The notes under the pieces are model-generated. The model worked only from the letters and a program-made list of their open reading frames with translations, did no database searches and was not told where the DNA came from. Both the position numbers and the translations under genes were made by a program. Below are positions 51,401-62,856 of a stretch of DNA of 64,000 nucleotides, one piece after another. Numbering within the stretch: position 1 is the stretch's first letter; every line of letters begins with the position of its first letter. Source of the stretch: Eledone cirrhosa (Eukaryota); NCBI GenBank assembly GCA_964016885.1, contig OZ024742.1, forward strand, positions 295,244,001 to 295,308,000, read 5' to 3'.

Positions 51401-52170
51401 AGGATTCTGGAGCCTTCCTCATTTCTAGTACCAAACCCATAGCCTCCATGGATTTCGTCGTAGCCGTCACAATGTTGTCCAACGTGACCATTTAGGTCGC
51501 CTGCAATAATTATATAGTCACTGTCAGATATTTGGGAGGTAGTTAGCATCAGTGTCTCATAGAATCTGTCTTTTATAGTGCCGGGCAGTCCGGATTGGGG
51601 TGCGTACGCAGATATTACTGTCACCGTAGTTCTATTGAGGACAAGTCGTATTTTAATTATTCTGTCGTTCACTCTATTTACGTCTATTATCTTATCTGCC
51701 CACTTTTCTGCTACCATGATTCCTACTCCACCCAGCCCATCGTCGTTTCCCACCCAGAAAAGCTTATAACATCGTTTTTTACCCTCAATGAATCTAGCAG
51801 ACCCACCCCTCCACCTGGTCTCTTGAATACAACAAACATCGACCTCCTTACGTTCAAGCATTTCTACAACCTCGTTAGCGCGACCCTTTAGGGTGCCTAC
51901 ATTTATGGTACCAACTCTGAAGTTTTGGATTGCGTTTGGAGGGTGGGGGCGGTGGGGGGCGGGGGGAGATGGGGTTATGTTAGCCATCCGCGGACGAAAC
52001 ATAGAGGAGTGCTCGCATTCTCGTCCACGAGGTGAATTTGACTTTAACTTTGGCATTTTCGCTCTGAGCGTCCAGACTTTTCTCTCCCTTCCACTCTCCA
52101 GGATTCCGCAGTCCGTCCATCCATCCATCCATCCATCCATCATATATCGAAGGCAACCGGGCAAGCGATA
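48488..52170 (-). mobile_element. Near-intact RTE-clade LINE (5' UTR may extend to about 52790); 3' UTR ends in a (GAT)n tail
   Basis: Single long EN-RT ORF, about 400-nt 3' UTR, tail at 48488-48506; nearly identical truncated copies nearby. Confidence 0.93.
48907..52164 (-). CDS. RTE LINE ORF, about 1085 aa: AP endonuclease + reverse transcriptase with internal C4HC3 zinc finger; frameshifted about 25 codons before the normal end
   Basis: NVGTL, QETRW, GDLNGHVG, SQH (APE); FVDLEKAFDRV, GVHQGSVLSPLLF, YADD (RT); RRLRWYGHVMRM, GRPRKTW (RTE C-terminus). Confidence 0.93.
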   Translation of the reverse strand: MPGCLRYMMDGWMDGWTDCGILESGRERKVWTLRAKMPKLKSNSPRGRECEHSSMFRPRMANITPSPPAPHRPHPPNAIQNFRVGTINVGTLKGRANEVVEMLERKEVDVCCIQETRWRGGSARFIEGKKRCYKLFWVGNDDGLGGVGIMVAEKWADKIIDVNRVNDRIIKIRLVLNRTTVTVISAYAPQSGLPGTIKDRFYETLMLTTSQISDSDYIIIAGDLNGHVGQHCDGYDEIHGGYGFGTRNEEGSRILEFCDANNLTICNTNFKKRDNHLITYRSGEHTSHVDYILTRRRDRVSVVNTKSLPHEEYTSQHRLIISDLIVRTRRTRQQKRTILRRKIWKLKDPTARNKFQSILLDAFDSKEEHLESDNIEGQWEFLKANLLLATDEVCGWSRLVGRRRVTWWWNSKVKGSIKAKKQAWKVWRDGGSRVDYQVARREARREVYLARREAEERKFKHVLQRDDQKREVFRIARQSVKENRDIVGEKCVLNDDGILAITDADKKVAWKCHYERLLNEENKWEKDSLPHIDPIEGPAVLVEGSIISKAIKDMKTGKAAGPSEIVAEMLKASGTVGHTMVTRIVNQVIQNGVVPKDWHSSIIVNCYKGKGDALDRSNYRGIKLIDQVMKVTEKVIAQLIRERIDLDEMQFGFVSGKSTTDALFIVRQLQEKYLAKGKPLYLAFVDLEKAFDRVPRSIIWWALRKLGVDEWLVRAIQAMYKETVSKVRINNEYSEEFSVKVGVHQGSVLSPLLFIIALQAITEEFKTGCPWELLYADDLTLIAESMAELEKKFQTWKHGLESKGLKINLAKTKVLVCRKENKAAVPSGKWPCSVCRKGVGRNSILCPKCKVWVHKRCSGITGKLTKNIDFTCGRCSGAISSSKCPQNTSSFNCAEGSIEIVDSFRYLGDKISSGGGCSESTVARVRTGWKKFRELIPLLAAKGFSLKMKGRLYDACIRTAMLHGSETWALCAEDIRRLERNEACMLRWMCNSNIRERQSINELRKKLKIRGIRCCLLERRLRWYGHVMRMKVDSCITKCREIKIDGSHGIGRPRKTWDELINSDLTHAYTSPRQCHWTETFGGTQ

Positions 52171-52793
52171 GTATAGGCCTCTGGCTAATGATTGGTCCGC
52201 GTAATAATAATAATGGTGATGCGTGGGGGGGGGGGGGCTCTGGCTTATGATTGGTCCACGTATTAAGAATGGTGGTGTGTGGGGCGGGTGGGAAGGGTGT
52301 GGGGTAGCTAGCTGGAAGGTTATGAATGTTTAACAAGCGATTAACAAAAAGCAAAACTGCAAGATTTGTTCTGTTCAATACGACAAAAACAACCGTATTT
52401 AAACATAAATAAATAACAAAAAATACAGATTTCGGATTTTGCGAGATTGGATGTTTGGACTAGGTACGAAATTGAAGCGTGGAGTAGATAGAAAAATGTG
52501 TACGTTACGATTACATGGGTACACCGTAGTAGGAATAATTGAAGCAGCAATGGATTGGCGAAAAGTGAATAAACATGAAGGGGAATTTATCTTTTATATA
52601 TATATATATATGTAGCTAAGAGAGAGAGAGAGGGGAAGGGGAAGAGAGAGAGAGAGGGGAAGGGGGAGAGAGAGAGTGGCTGACCGCAGCCCCTCGTGAA
52701 GTAGATGGAGGGTGAAGGGTGTAGAAGCGGGATTTTTGACTTTCGAAGTAGCATAATATATATATTTAAAGGAATTTATAAGAAGTAGAATGG

Positions 52794-52795
<2 letters not shown>

Positions 52796-52864
<69 letters not shown>
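52796..52864. repeat. (TA)n microsatellite
   Basis: Direct. Confidence 0.95.
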
Positions 52865-52868
<4 letters not shown>

Positions 52869-52973
52869 AAAGGTAAACAGAAATAAAAACACAATCGGTA
52901 CACGCACACATGTATACAATTTAAGAATATTTTTCAATGAATTAAAGAGGATAAACTAGGAGAGAATACATAC

Positions 52974-53084
52974 TGCAGTAGTGGCTACTGTTTGACCTGT
53001 GGAATCTACTGCCTCAACAGCAAACTGTTGGTAAGAACTGGTCAACACTTCTCGATCTAATTCAGCAGTTGTTGTTATGATGCC
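52974..53084 (-). CDS. Most upstream cadherin exon found: GIITTTAELDREVLTSSYQQFAVEAVDSTGQTVATTA
   Basis: LDRE and AVD motifs; AG/GTATGT; 111 nt, phase 0/0, joins 42949 in frame. Confidence 0.92.
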
Positions 53085-53204
53085 CTGATTAAGAAAAATA
53101 AGAAAAATAACAATAAACATTTGATAAATTAAAAATTATTTTATATTTTACATAAATAAATAAATACATAAAATATATTAATAAATTCCATTATATTAAT
53201 AACT

Positions 53205-53855
53205 AACATCATTTTACACCCACCTCCCATGCTGGCATGGGATGCACAGGTTGTCATGGTATGAGGCTAAATGGGTTAGAGAAACCTCATCTGGTTGATT
53301 ACATTCCATATTTGGCATGGTTTTTATGGTTTGATGCCTTTCCAAACACCAACCACCTTACAGAGTGTACTCAGTGCATTTTATTGTGGCACCACCATTA
53401 CCCCAATACAGACTGTACTAGCATCATCATCATCATTTTTACATCCATTTTCCATACTTGCATGGGTTGAACAAGTCCTTTTCACCACAGCATCTTTCCA
53501 CTCACTGCATTCCTTTGTCATCTCTGTGAATCTCAGTGATTTGAGATCAGCTCTCACCACCTCTGCCCAGGTCTTTCTTGGTCTACTCTACTGTGATTTC
53601 CATCTACTACAATTTCCTGGCACCTCTTCACCCATCGATAATCATTCATGTGCATCACATATCCGTACCAATGCAGTTTTCTCTCTTACAAACCACCTCA
53701 GATTCCTCTTAAACCCAGCTTCTCCCTCAGTTCATCCAAGCTCTGCCTTTATCTCACATTTACGTTGCACATCCAACGAAGCATGGCTGCTTCATTTCTC
53801 TCCAGTCTATGCATGTTTTCTGCAGTTACTGCCCATGTTTCACTACCATGCACTC
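53205..53855 (-). mobile_element. RTE-derived non-autonomous element followed by a diverged RTE 3' fragment
   Basis: ccatgctggcatggg tail and ggatgccttcc box; RTE coding remnant at 53420-53855. Confidence 0.7.
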
Positions 53856-54242
53856 AGGTGTCATGCAGTCATCCTGTACTATGTGCATTTTATTATGATA
53901 CTAACATTAGAGAGTTGTTAGCCATATGTACAGTCAGATTGATGAATCCTTGCTATATTGTTCCCTTTTGATCACCGTCCTAATTACAAAGTGTACTGGA
54001 TACATCATTTCAGAGTATGAACATTGATTGTTCCAGTGTTTAAAGGCTCTGTCAATGCCATATAGTTTCTAGTATTTCAAATAGCAATTATAATGCTTTC
54101 TTTTATTGGCCACAAGAGCTCTATACACTGAGGACAATACAGGGATAGAAAACATTACAAAGGGATTAACAGTGAGTAAAATGAAGGGGAAATTGATAAA
54201 GGGAAAACAGTAGGTATAATAATGGTTTCTTTATTTATTATT

Positions 54243-54273
<31 letters not shown>

Positions 54274-54332
54274 TTGTTTATTTATTTATTGTTTATTTAT
54301 TTATTTATTTATTTATTGTTTAGGTATAATAA

Positions 54333-54895
54333 TAATTGTCTCTACTTTAGGCACAAGGCCAGCAATTACCCAGTGCATTTAGGTATAATAATAATTGTTT
54401 CTACTTTAGGCACAAGGCCAGCAATTACCCAGTGCATTACTGGTACTTTATTTTATCGACCCCGTAAGGATGAAAGGCAAAGTCAACCTCGGCGGGATTT
54501 GAACTCAGATCGTAAAGGGACGTAACTATGCTGGAAAGCATGGCGTCCGACTCTCTACCAATACTGCCAGTCCACCGCCCTTATTTAGGTATAATAATAA
54601 TAACAACAGTTTCTAATTATAACACAAGGCCAGCAATTCTGGAGGGAAGGGAAAGGTGATCATATTAATCACAGTACTTTATGTTATTGACTCAGGAAGG
54701 ATGAAAGGCAAAGCTGATGTCAGTAGGATTTGAACTCAGAATGTAAAGAACCAGAACTACTGCTAAGCATTTGTCTGAACTCTAATGAATCTGCCAATCA
54801 ACTTCCCTCATCATTACAATAACAGTTTTTGATTTAGGCACAAGGCCAGCAATTTTAGCGGGAGAGAAAAGTCGATTAAATTGACCCCAGTGACA
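54333..54895 (-). mobile_element. Cluster of SINE family A copies and fragments (best copy 54393-54581)
   Basis: Repeated ggcacaaggccagcaatt tails and B boxes. Confidence 0.82.
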
Positions 54896-55434
54896 ACCCA
54901 TCCAACCCAAGCCATCACGGTAAAAGAATCTAAAATAATAGTGACAGCAGTATAGGTGGTGGTGGCGGCGGTTGTTGTTGTTGTTGTTTTATGCAAATTA
55001 GGAGTAAATTAAATGTTACCATTGTCTCCAGTTTTCAAATGTAATTTTCTGTTTGTATGTCAAAGAGAAAAACGTTTTTTTCTATTATCTCTTTCAACTT
55101 CTTAATAGTAAAATCCTGATTTAAAAAAAAAAATTTATTTCTCCTGATCATGACAATCCTAATATTAGTTCATTTGACTAATTAAAATTAAGGTTATTGG
55201 AGTGAAAAACAAATTGAGATGTAATTAATAAATAAAGCCAAAGTATTTTAATTGATTGAGCCACCCACTGCTTAAAATAATCAAAGTAAATTATATCCAA
55301 TCATTATCTCTAAGCATTATCGATATCATTAACATATTTTTCATGTTGTGACTGTGTGTTCTATACAAAAGATTGCTTTAGTCATTTCTATGTTACTAAA
55401 CTGTTAATATGTAAAATACTGTATATACTCATAT

Positions 55435-58400
55435 CATCTGGCCTCTGTTAAAGCTGGGCGTAAAAATCGGATTACCTTCCGAACACGCCCAGGCCTACCA
55501 CCCCATGTACGTCCAAAGCTATGTGCTGCAGCTTCCTTGAATCGGAACTCAGCACAACATGAAAGTTTTAGTCTGCGTGATGATGGGCAGATCTGGAGGT
55601 TTGTTAAGGCTGGTGAAATGTGGAAGAGAGATACCAGCTGGTCTGAGTGTGCTCTACCCACAATAACTGGCAACGAAAAAACTGCAACAACTCTGGGAAA
55701 CTAAACCAGAACAACCTGCCATCCTCTCCACACCATCATAAACTGCAAGCAGGGTACAAATTGTTGTCCGTAAATGGTCGCAGCTTATGCAACAAGATAC
55801 ATCTGTTTAACTCCTATGTCAGAAGCATCGACCCTGACTTCATCACAGTCACGGAAACCTGGGTACATTCCTTACTCTGTGATGGGGTTTTCAGCATTAC
55901 TGGGTACAACCTTTTTCGCAAGGACCGCATTAATCGCCGTGGTGGTGGTGTGATGGTCTACGTTCGTTCAAACTTTTCGGTAATTCATTGCGTTGATTTG
56001 AACGAATCATAAGAAGAAGTTTTTTTTTGTGACATATGTATGACCATGTCAACACTTCTGGTTGGTGTTGTTTATCCCCCCCCCCCCAAACTACCATCAG
56101 GACACACAGCTTTGCGATATCCTCAGAGCTGCTGCCAGGAAAACAGCCACTTATGTGTTTATTGCAGGTGACTTCAATCATCCTGAGATCGATTGGGAAA
56201 CCTTTTGTTGGCCACAAAGTGCAAACGATTTCCTTCAGCTAGTGCTGGACTCAAACTGGTCACAAGTAGTCACTTCTCCAACAAGAGGTGACAACACTTT
56301 GGACCTGATATTCACCACTAGTCCTGAAATGGTTATCAGTTGTACTACTGAGGAACCTCTAGGCGACTCTGATCATGCTATGATCATTGCCAATCTGGCT
56401 CTTGCGGGCAGCAACAAAAACCAGAACCATCTCCAATCTGCTTGCTTTGACTGGAAGAAAGCAGATTGGAACTTGTACTGTACTGAGCTACAGCGCCCAA
56501 ACTGGCATGAGTTCTATAACTCTGGAGATGTGAACACTATACTCCAGAACATCCTGGACTCAATATGGATAGCATGTGCCGCATCGGTACCACATAAGCA
56601 GAAAAAAAACCACCCCAAAAGTGCAATTTGGGAAACTTCAGCGGTCCGACTTGCCAGGAAAGAACGTCGGAACGCTGAACGGGAATATAAACTGCATAAA
56701 TCAGATGCCAACAGAAAAAAGCGGAATAAATCTTCCAACCATCTCAAGCAAGTGACAAAAAAGGCAGTGCTTGAATTTGAACAGTGCATAGCAACCAATC
56801 CTGACAGTAAGGTGTTCTGGAAATATGTTCATTCAAAGCAGAGACCTCACTCTCCAGTTGGTCCTCTTCGCAATCCCCACACAAGCCAGATCACTGACGA
56901 TCCCAAAGAATGCGCAGAACTCATTGCTGAGTGCTATGCAAGCATTTTTATTGTTGAAAACCAGAATGTACCATCTCCACCATCTCTAGCATCAAATTGC
57001 ATAAGAACTATGGAATTTACACCTGCAATGTTGCGACGTCACCTTAAGAATAAGCGCAACTATGCCTGCCCTGGTCTAGATGGTGTTACATTCCTGCTTC
57101 TCAAATGTGGCGGGTACTTCCTTTTGCACCAGCTTTCTTTCTTCTTTCAATACTGTCTCAACAATGGTGTTACTCCAGAGCAGTGGAAAACTGCCAGTAT
57201 CATTCCCCTGTTCAAAAAGGGTGACCGCACGTCACTTGTCAACTATCGTCCAGTCAGTCTTACTAGCTGTATTGCCAAACTGATGGAATCCTGTGTCAGA
57301 GAAACACTTTGGAACTTCTGAAGCTCTCACAGCCTCATCCGGCTCTCGCAGTTTGGATTTATCCCTAACTCCAGCTGCTGTGATCAGCTTATCGAGTTCC
57401 TTGAAGACATTACCCGGATCACTGACAGCGGCTCATGGGTGGATGTTGTTTACCTTGACTTCACTAAGCCTTTTAATTCTGTGCCATTCAAAAGACTTAT
57501 GGCAAAACTCACTGCAATGGGTGTGAGGGATGATCTTTTTAACTGGTAGAAATCTTTCATTCTCAGCCGAAAAGAGGTTGTCACGGTTCTAGGACAGCAT
57601 TCTTCACCATTTGAGATGTCATCTGGTGTACCACAGGGATCTGTTCTTGGTCCCCTTTTGTTTGTGGCATATATTAATGACATAGATGCCAACTTAAAGA
57701 ATTCCACGGTACTGAAATATGCAGATGACATCAAGCTGTACCTTGAAATCAAAAGGACTGATCCTGAAATCTACAATTCTTTCCTACAATCAGACCTGGA
57801 CACAATGCAGCAATGGATCACAGACTGGCAACTGAAGCTGGCTGTGGACAAGTGTACCACCATGCATTTTGGGAGTAAAAACCCATCATCCACATACTCC
57901 CTCCACAACACTAATATCAAGAAGTCTTCTTGTGAACATGACCTGGGCATTACTGTCAGCAGCGATATGCATTGGACGAAGCACGTCTCTAAAATTGTCA
58001 AAAAGGCCGAGGGTGTCTTAGCATCACTCAGCAAGACCTTTGTCAGCCGCTCTCCAGCTATCTATTTAAAGCTGTATATAGCTATTGTGTGGCCACACTT
58101 AAAATTTAGATCACCAGTCTGGAACCCCTATCTTGCTCAGAACATTGACCTCCTGGAAACTGTTCAGAGACGTGCAACCAAGTGCATACCCTCCATCAGA
58201 CACCTACCATACTCTAAACGTCTTGCTTCCCTGGGCATGGATTCATTGAAGTTCTGACGTCTGGCAATGGCCTTGGTAAACACCCACAAAGTTATTAACC
58301 ATCTCGCCAACAATAACCCTGAGTACCTTTTTGACCTCCATGTGTCTAACACACGTGGACATGCCTACAAAATCAGAAAACAGCACAGCTCCCATGACTT

Positions 58401-58722
58401 TCGGAAACATTTTTTCACGCTCAGAGTTGCTGAAGCATGGAACAAACTGTGTCAGTTGTAATCCATTGCTGCATTGTGTCTATGCCTGCATCAGTTGTTA
58501 GCTGCTGAGACATTGCATCCTTTAAAAACCTCATGCTTCCCGAAATTCGCCAAAACTACACCTGATGTACCCCTTCCATACACATGCACACATGTGTATA
58601 TCATGACTCATGCACTGTTCATTTTTCTGACGTTTGTACATTACCCTATGTACTATACATACACTTTTTGATGAGTTGTAGTGCACCTGAGAACTGTACA
58701 CAATATTTCATTATTATTATTA
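55435..58722 (+). mobile_element. CR1-group LINE, 5'-truncated within ORF1; ORF2 (APE + RT) interrupted by stops; (ATT)n tail
   Basis: VNGRSL, VTETW, GDFNHP, SDH (APE); GVPQGSVLGPLLF, YADD, VQRRATK (CR1-type RT); ORF1 C-terminus 55441-55704. Confidence 0.92.
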
Positions 58723-58987
58723 TATAAGCAACACTAGTAGATAATTCGCATTTTCATTTTACATACAATATTTACAATGTATCCTATATTTTGAATTGAA
58801 ATTTTGTAGATTCAATGAATAAGTCATACTTATATTTTACACACATTTACATTACAACAACAATGATAAACAGTTTAACCCTTTCATGACTGCATTTCTA
58901 ATAAAATACACTCTGTTTCAGTTAATTAATGAAGAATTTTGAGGGATTTATTAAAATCATTAATTATTTCATTGCTAAGATAATAAA

Positions 58988-59208
58988 GGGCGTTGCACTA
59001 GCAGTATTGGTAGAGAGTCGGAGACCATGCCTTAAAGCATAGAGTTACGGCCCTTTACGATCTGAATTCAAATCCTGCTGAGGTTAACTTTGTCTTTCAT
59101 CCTTACGAGGTTGATAAAATAAAGTACCAGTAACACTACTGGAGTTGATTTAATCGACTTTCCTCTCCCCCAAATTGCTGGCCTTGTGCCAAAAGTAGAA
59201 ACAATTAG
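58988..59208 (+). mobile_element. SINE family A inserted in a piggyBac-like MITE
   Basis: Homologous to 17516-17706. Confidence 0.82.
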
Positions 59209-61624
59209 TAACTTAATGTAAGGTTCTTATATAAAATTATGTTGGAAGATTTATAAATTGGAAACCTTTAAAGTGGGTGATTTTATTTCATAGAACCAAA
59301 GCTGGTTTTGGCCAGATTGGCAACAAATGGATAAAGGCCATTTTCCCTGCTAAAACAGGGGTTAACTTTGCATGAACCATGAAAGGCTTCATATTTATCA
59401 TGGGGTTCTTTTTCGAGGCAATGTTTTGCAGATAGAAACCCTTCCTAGAGACAACTTATTTAGTGGCCTCTTTTTCTGCTAAATCATTACAAGATGTTAA
59501 GAGTTAAGGTGAGGAACAGAGGAAATATAGAGAATAATGTGATGAAGACAACAACAACAACAGCCACCACCACCACCTATGCTGCCGCCACTACCACCTA
59601 TGCTACTACCACCACCACTGCCACTTCAAGGAGATATTTTATATCCAGACTATTTAATAAAAACAATTACATAGAAAAGAAACACCATTTAATAAGTACA
59701 CAAGATCTGTTATATTCACATCTTGTTTGTTTCTTAAGGTGTTAAACTCTTCCTTGCACATCTGTGATGTGATCAGGTCACTGATACAGTCCCTACTACA
59801 ATACTGAGGCAGATGTGTGATGAAAATTTTAACATCTTTAGAAATGAATGTATAATGAATATAACAAATGTTGTGTATAGTTAAATAGCTCATTTGACTT
59901 TTCCATAATGTATTTACTTCAATTTCAATGCTCAGACTCATATCAAGTCATTTGTCAAACATGTACAACTCTAAAATATTTAATAAAAACTTTTAAGCAC
60001 ACCTGAGTTAATCATTTTATTACCATATTTCTATTGAAATACATAGCTTACGATTTTTAAATCATTAAAAAAATTATTAAGAATTCAGAGGGATTTAATA
60101 ACATAGCTAACTTTCTAGTTATTAAGTTGTTGTCTGGACCATAACAATGTTCTTACATAACATTATGATGGAATATTTCCATGTAAACATAAATACTCTT
60201 GCATTACTATATTTCTAGTGAAAAACACTGCCTATGATTTTCTTTTAATTTTGAAAATAATCAAGAATTTGAAGAGATTTCATGATATAAACAGTTTTCT
60301 CCTTATTTACCTGTGTTTTTTTTAACAACAAAAATTCTTAAATAAAATAATGAAGGACTCATCATCATTATCATCACCATCATGATCATTATTCACCCCC
60401 TTTTGACACTGGCATGATTGGATAAGTTGTCATGGTCTGACACTAAATGGGTCAGAGTGACCAATCATGCTCATTGCATTCCATATTCAGTTTGGATTCT
60501 ACAACTGGATGCTCTTCCTAACACTAATAACCTTACAGCGTGTACTGATGTTTTTTTTTTGAGACACCAGCATGTGTGTGGTTTTTGTAACACCAACACT
60601 ATCACTTTATAGAGGGTATTAGATATATTTTATTGTGGTACCAACACTAAAACTTTACAGATGCTTTTAGATAAATAATCTGTTTTTGTATCATAGAAGC
60701 GAGGAGCAGTTTGGTAACTAAAGGGTTAAATATCATAAATTGATAGTTTGCATAAAAGAAACCTTATAGTTTATGTTGATTACTGACACATGGAAGTAAT
60801 TAAATATAAGAATGATAATTTAGTAGTTTATTTCTTGGATATAATTACATAACTGTTCAGCATATATGTACAAATGACATACAAGATTAAATGTATGAGT
60901 AACTTTGGAGAAATAACTATCTATAAAGACAAATATAGGGTTAGAACCCAGGATCTTGTGATAGGAAAGCAAATTTTTTATTGTAGTAACATGACTAAGA
61001 TAGTAAATGCATAAATACATTGTGTGCTTGTGTGTAAATTCTAAATCATTACAGACAGAGATATATAAATAAAAATACAAATTTTATTATTGTTGATATA
61101 TATGAATACAATTAATGTTAATTTAATATTAGAGAAAAGAAGCTGGAAAACAGAACAATTATATAAAAAAAAGTATATTTCAAAATAGACAGTGGAAAAA
61201 TGAGTGAAATATTAGCAAGAGAACATATATTGTATTGTACATACACCATACAAAACAGTGTTGTCTATTGAAGGAAAAATTCCAGCTTCGTCCATAATTC
61301 TTTAAATGTTTTCAGGCGATAGACAAGTGGGGCTAAACAAATAGGTATTACTGATTATTTTTACACCAAAAATGATCAAATCAAGTTATAGCCTAAAGGA
61401 AAATCAATCAAAAATTTCTTTAAAAAACTAAGAAAGATAAAAAAAAAAAGGAATAATTTTTCTACTTTAATTCTATAAAGGCAGCAATTGATTATATTAG
61501 AGCAGAAGGATGTAAATGATAAAGTAAACATAAGGAAAAATTAAACTGGAAAAAGTGGTTTGGGATGACAAAATGAATAAATACATAAATAAATCTGTCT
61601 ATTTATAGATATTATAGTTTAATC

Positions 61625-61723
61625 TATACACACACATACATATATACATATATTATACATATACATATGTATACATACATATATTATACATATACATACA
61701 TATTTATATATATTATACATCTA

Positions 61724-61778
<55 letters not shown>

Positions 61779-61988
61779 AGATCAAAAGATGGTTAAAAGA
61801 GTTCCAAGTATTTTATTATGCGCATTTCAAAAACAAATATCATCATGAGATGATATTTGCGTTTTCATCAGATAAAATAGGGATACATGATATGAAGGTT
61901 AAAAAACACTTGTGAATAGTGAAGTTTTAAATCAACTTATCTGATATTTGCATTGCTTTATTGTGCTACAATAAAACTCACCTCCTAC

Positions 61989-62025
<37 letters not shown>

Positions 62026-62442
62026 TATGCATACATATTATACATATACATATATATATATTATACATATACATACATATATATATATATATTATACATA
62101 TATATACATACATATTATACATATACATACATATATATATATAATATACATATACATACGTACATATATATATTATACATATATATATATACATAAATAT
62201 TATACATATACATATATATATATAATATACATATATATATATATTATACATATACAATATATATATATAATATACATATATATACATATTATACATATAC
62301 ATATATAATATACATATATATACATATTATACATATACATATATATATATATTATACATATATATATATATATACATATTATATATATACATACATATAT
62401 ATATACATATATATATATATATATTATACTTATACATATATA
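61625..62442. repeat. TA/TACA low-complexity tracts flanking a short unique island (about 61775-61988)
   Basis: Direct. Confidence 0.9.
61809..61879 (-). ncRNA. Type I hammerhead ribozyme (Penelope-type, palindromic stem III)
   Basis: 5'-TATTTTAT CTGATGA aaacgCAAATATCATC tcat GATGATATTTGttttt GAAA TGCGCA TA ATAAAATA-3': full core, 8-bp stem I, 11-bp perfect stem II. Confidence 0.7.
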
Positions 62443-62523
62443 TCATGATAAATTAACGGAGCCATAGACTCTCGTTATTCCCTGTCAATAATGTGCTCAA
62501 AGGAAAAGGAATCCTGAGCTCTT

Positions 62524-62855
62524 TAAAATACAATATGTTGAAAAGGTACCACACTAGAGAGAGGTAGTGTGCCATCAATAAAACAGGGAAAACCACCAGT
62601 GTATGGAATCTATAATCTATGGAAGGCAGGGTAGACACACAATAATTAAAAATATAAATTAAAATGTATCTACGCACCTCTTATTTTATATAGTTATAGA
62701 GGTGCGTAGATACATTTTAATTTATATATTTAATTATTGTGTGTCTACCCTGCCTTCCATAGATTATAGATTCCATACACTGGTGGTTTTCCCTGTTTTA
62801 TTGATGGCACACTACCTCTCTCTAGTGTGTTACCTTTTCAACATATTGTATTTTA
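62524..62855. repeat. Near-perfect long palindrome (two arms of about 158 bp, 16-nt loop)
   Basis: 62524-62681 is the reverse complement of 62698-62855 with about 2 mismatches. Confidence 0.93.
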
Positions 62856-62856
62856 T

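Noticed and set aside
55020-55115. Possible upstream cadherin exon (AG/GT-like ends)
   Set aside because: The frame needed to join the phase-0 exon at 53084 contains TGA, and there is no cadherin motif.
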